Both the position numbers and the translations under genes were made by a program. The notes beneath the pieces were generated by a model. The model was not told the origin of the DNA. It worked only from the letters and a program-made list of their open reading frames with translations, and ran no database searches. This document shows, piece after piece, positions 62,581 to 64,000 of a stretch of DNA of 64,000 bases (position 1 is the first letter of the stretch; every line of letters starts with the position of its first letter). Origin of the DNA: Octopus sinensis (taxonomy: Eukaryota); assembly GCF_006345805.1 (NCBI RefSeq), contig NC_043004.1, positions 25,234,001-25,298,000 of the forward strand, in the 5' to 3' direction.

Positions 62581-63112
62581 ATGTGTGTGTGTGTGTGTGT
62601 GTGCGCGTGTGTGCGCGTGTGTGCGCGCGCGCGCGGTGTGTGTGTGTGTGTGTGTGTTTTAAAAATTATCGTTGGATATTTTCTCTTCTCTCTAGTTTCA
62701 GCTCAGAGCTGCGGCCATGCTGATGAACGTTTTAAATTTAGGAGTGTGAACTGGTTTGACAAGCTCTTTCAGATCTTTCTCTGTTGTGATGATAGAGAAA
62801 TTAAACAATGACACAACTATACTTTCACATTATATATGTATTGTTAATACTAATACTAGTAATAGTTGTTTCATTTGGAACCTATTCCGGGATAACCCTT
62901 TAGTTGAAACTGGTCAGTTCCAGACTCTCACACCTAACCTGCAATGTCATTCTAAAAATAAACAATCACTTCTTCGAAATTTTGAAGCTATAAGATTAAA
63001 ATGTAAATAAGTAGGATTAAAATGTAAATAAATAAGCATTGCATTTGACAAAATAATCCGAATGCTTAAGGGTTAATGACGTAATAATTGTCAAATTAAC
63101 TTCAAGGAACAG

Positions 63113-63143
<31 letters not shown>

Positions 63144-63844
63144 ATATATTATAGGTAAACTTAAATTATCCTTGATGGCTTAGTGCAGCAATAAAGAAAG
63201 TCCTACAGTCTTCTGAAACAGCAAATCATTACACTGGAATACATTTCTGTTGATTTCATTTTATATAAACCCAGTCTTTTCAATTCACTGCGAAATTAAG
63301 AAACGCCTAGTCATATTTCTTTTTTGACACTCGTTATTACTTGCTTAATATAATCAAAACTGTGTTTTAAAGAAGAATCTGAAAAAAGAGTCGAAAACAA
63401 AAATATTACAGAGCAAGTTGCATAATCCGCCGTTGTTCTTGGATTTTATAAGGATAGGATGAATATTTCCATCAACTTATCAATCCATTCATAGGTGTTG
63501 ACATGGTTGTATGGTAAGACGTTTGCTTGCCAACTACATAGTTCCGGATTTAACACGCCGCGTGGTGCCTTGTGCAGAGGTTCTCTACAATAATTCCTGG
63601 CCAACCAAAACCTCGTGAGCAGATTTGGTAAACGGAAGCTGAAAGAAACACGTCGTACGTTTGTCATTATTCAATTTTATTTCAAGATTTCTCGCCAAGA
63701 AAGAGCCGGTTTCTAACCTAGATCTAAAGCTTCTTCATTGGAATTTCCACATCAGCAACAGGGTATTTTTGTATGTTTGTATGTATATGTGCAGGTTCGT
63801 ATGTTTTGTTTTATGTATGTATTCTCTTGCATATAGTTGCATAT

Positions 63845-64000
63845 CTAGACGTGTTCATATATACTTAAATGACAGATTTTTACAGTTCCAGTAATGGCTT
63901 GGATCTGTAGTCTTTGAATCAGCTTTCTCCTTTCTGGTCTTAGGAAGACTAATTTCTCAAGATTGGCATTTTGACAGGGTGTTATATATACCAATGCCCC
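63845..64000 (-). CDS. Possible coding exon of an unidentified gene running off the window end (GALVYITPCQNANLEKLVFLRPERRKLIQRLQIQAITGTVKICHLSIYEHV*)
   Basis: Stop-free, non-repetitive frame with protein-like composition. No family recognised and the splice sites are uncertain. Confidence 0.3.
   Translation of the reverse strand, partial: GALVYITPCQNANLEKLVFLRPERRKLIQRLQIQAITGTVKICHLSIYEHV

Overview
AT-rich, repeat-dense animal genomic DNA with one 100-N gap (2860-2959). The repeat complement (tRNA-derived SINEs, RTE LINE tails ending in (GAT)n, abundant microsatellites) looks like an octopus/cephalopod genome; this is an inference. One protein-coding gene can be fully reconstructed by hand: a 10-exon, minus-strand PAK1IP1/MAK11-family WD40 gene (ATG at 38043, stop at 3337, 1104 nt CDS, 367 aa, all introns GT-AG and phase-consistent). 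Starting about 420 bp upstream of it is a ~13 kb island (38.5-51.7 kb) of at least nine R4/Dong-clade non-LTR retrotransposon fragments from about five subfamilies. Eight abut (TAA)n arrays at their 3' ends and the ninth starts at one; their orientation follows the polarity of the arrays. A non-coding ~550 bp element is interleaved four times, each time directly after a Dong tail. Other notable items: two long intronic fold-backs, a higher-order tandem array built from an RTE 3' UTR, a decayed type I hammerhead ribozyme, piggyBac/Helitron/mariner non-autonomous elements and a candidate frame-preserving cassette exon. Most ORFs in the supplied track are microsatellite or repeat artefacts. All alignments were done by eye and no database searches were run.
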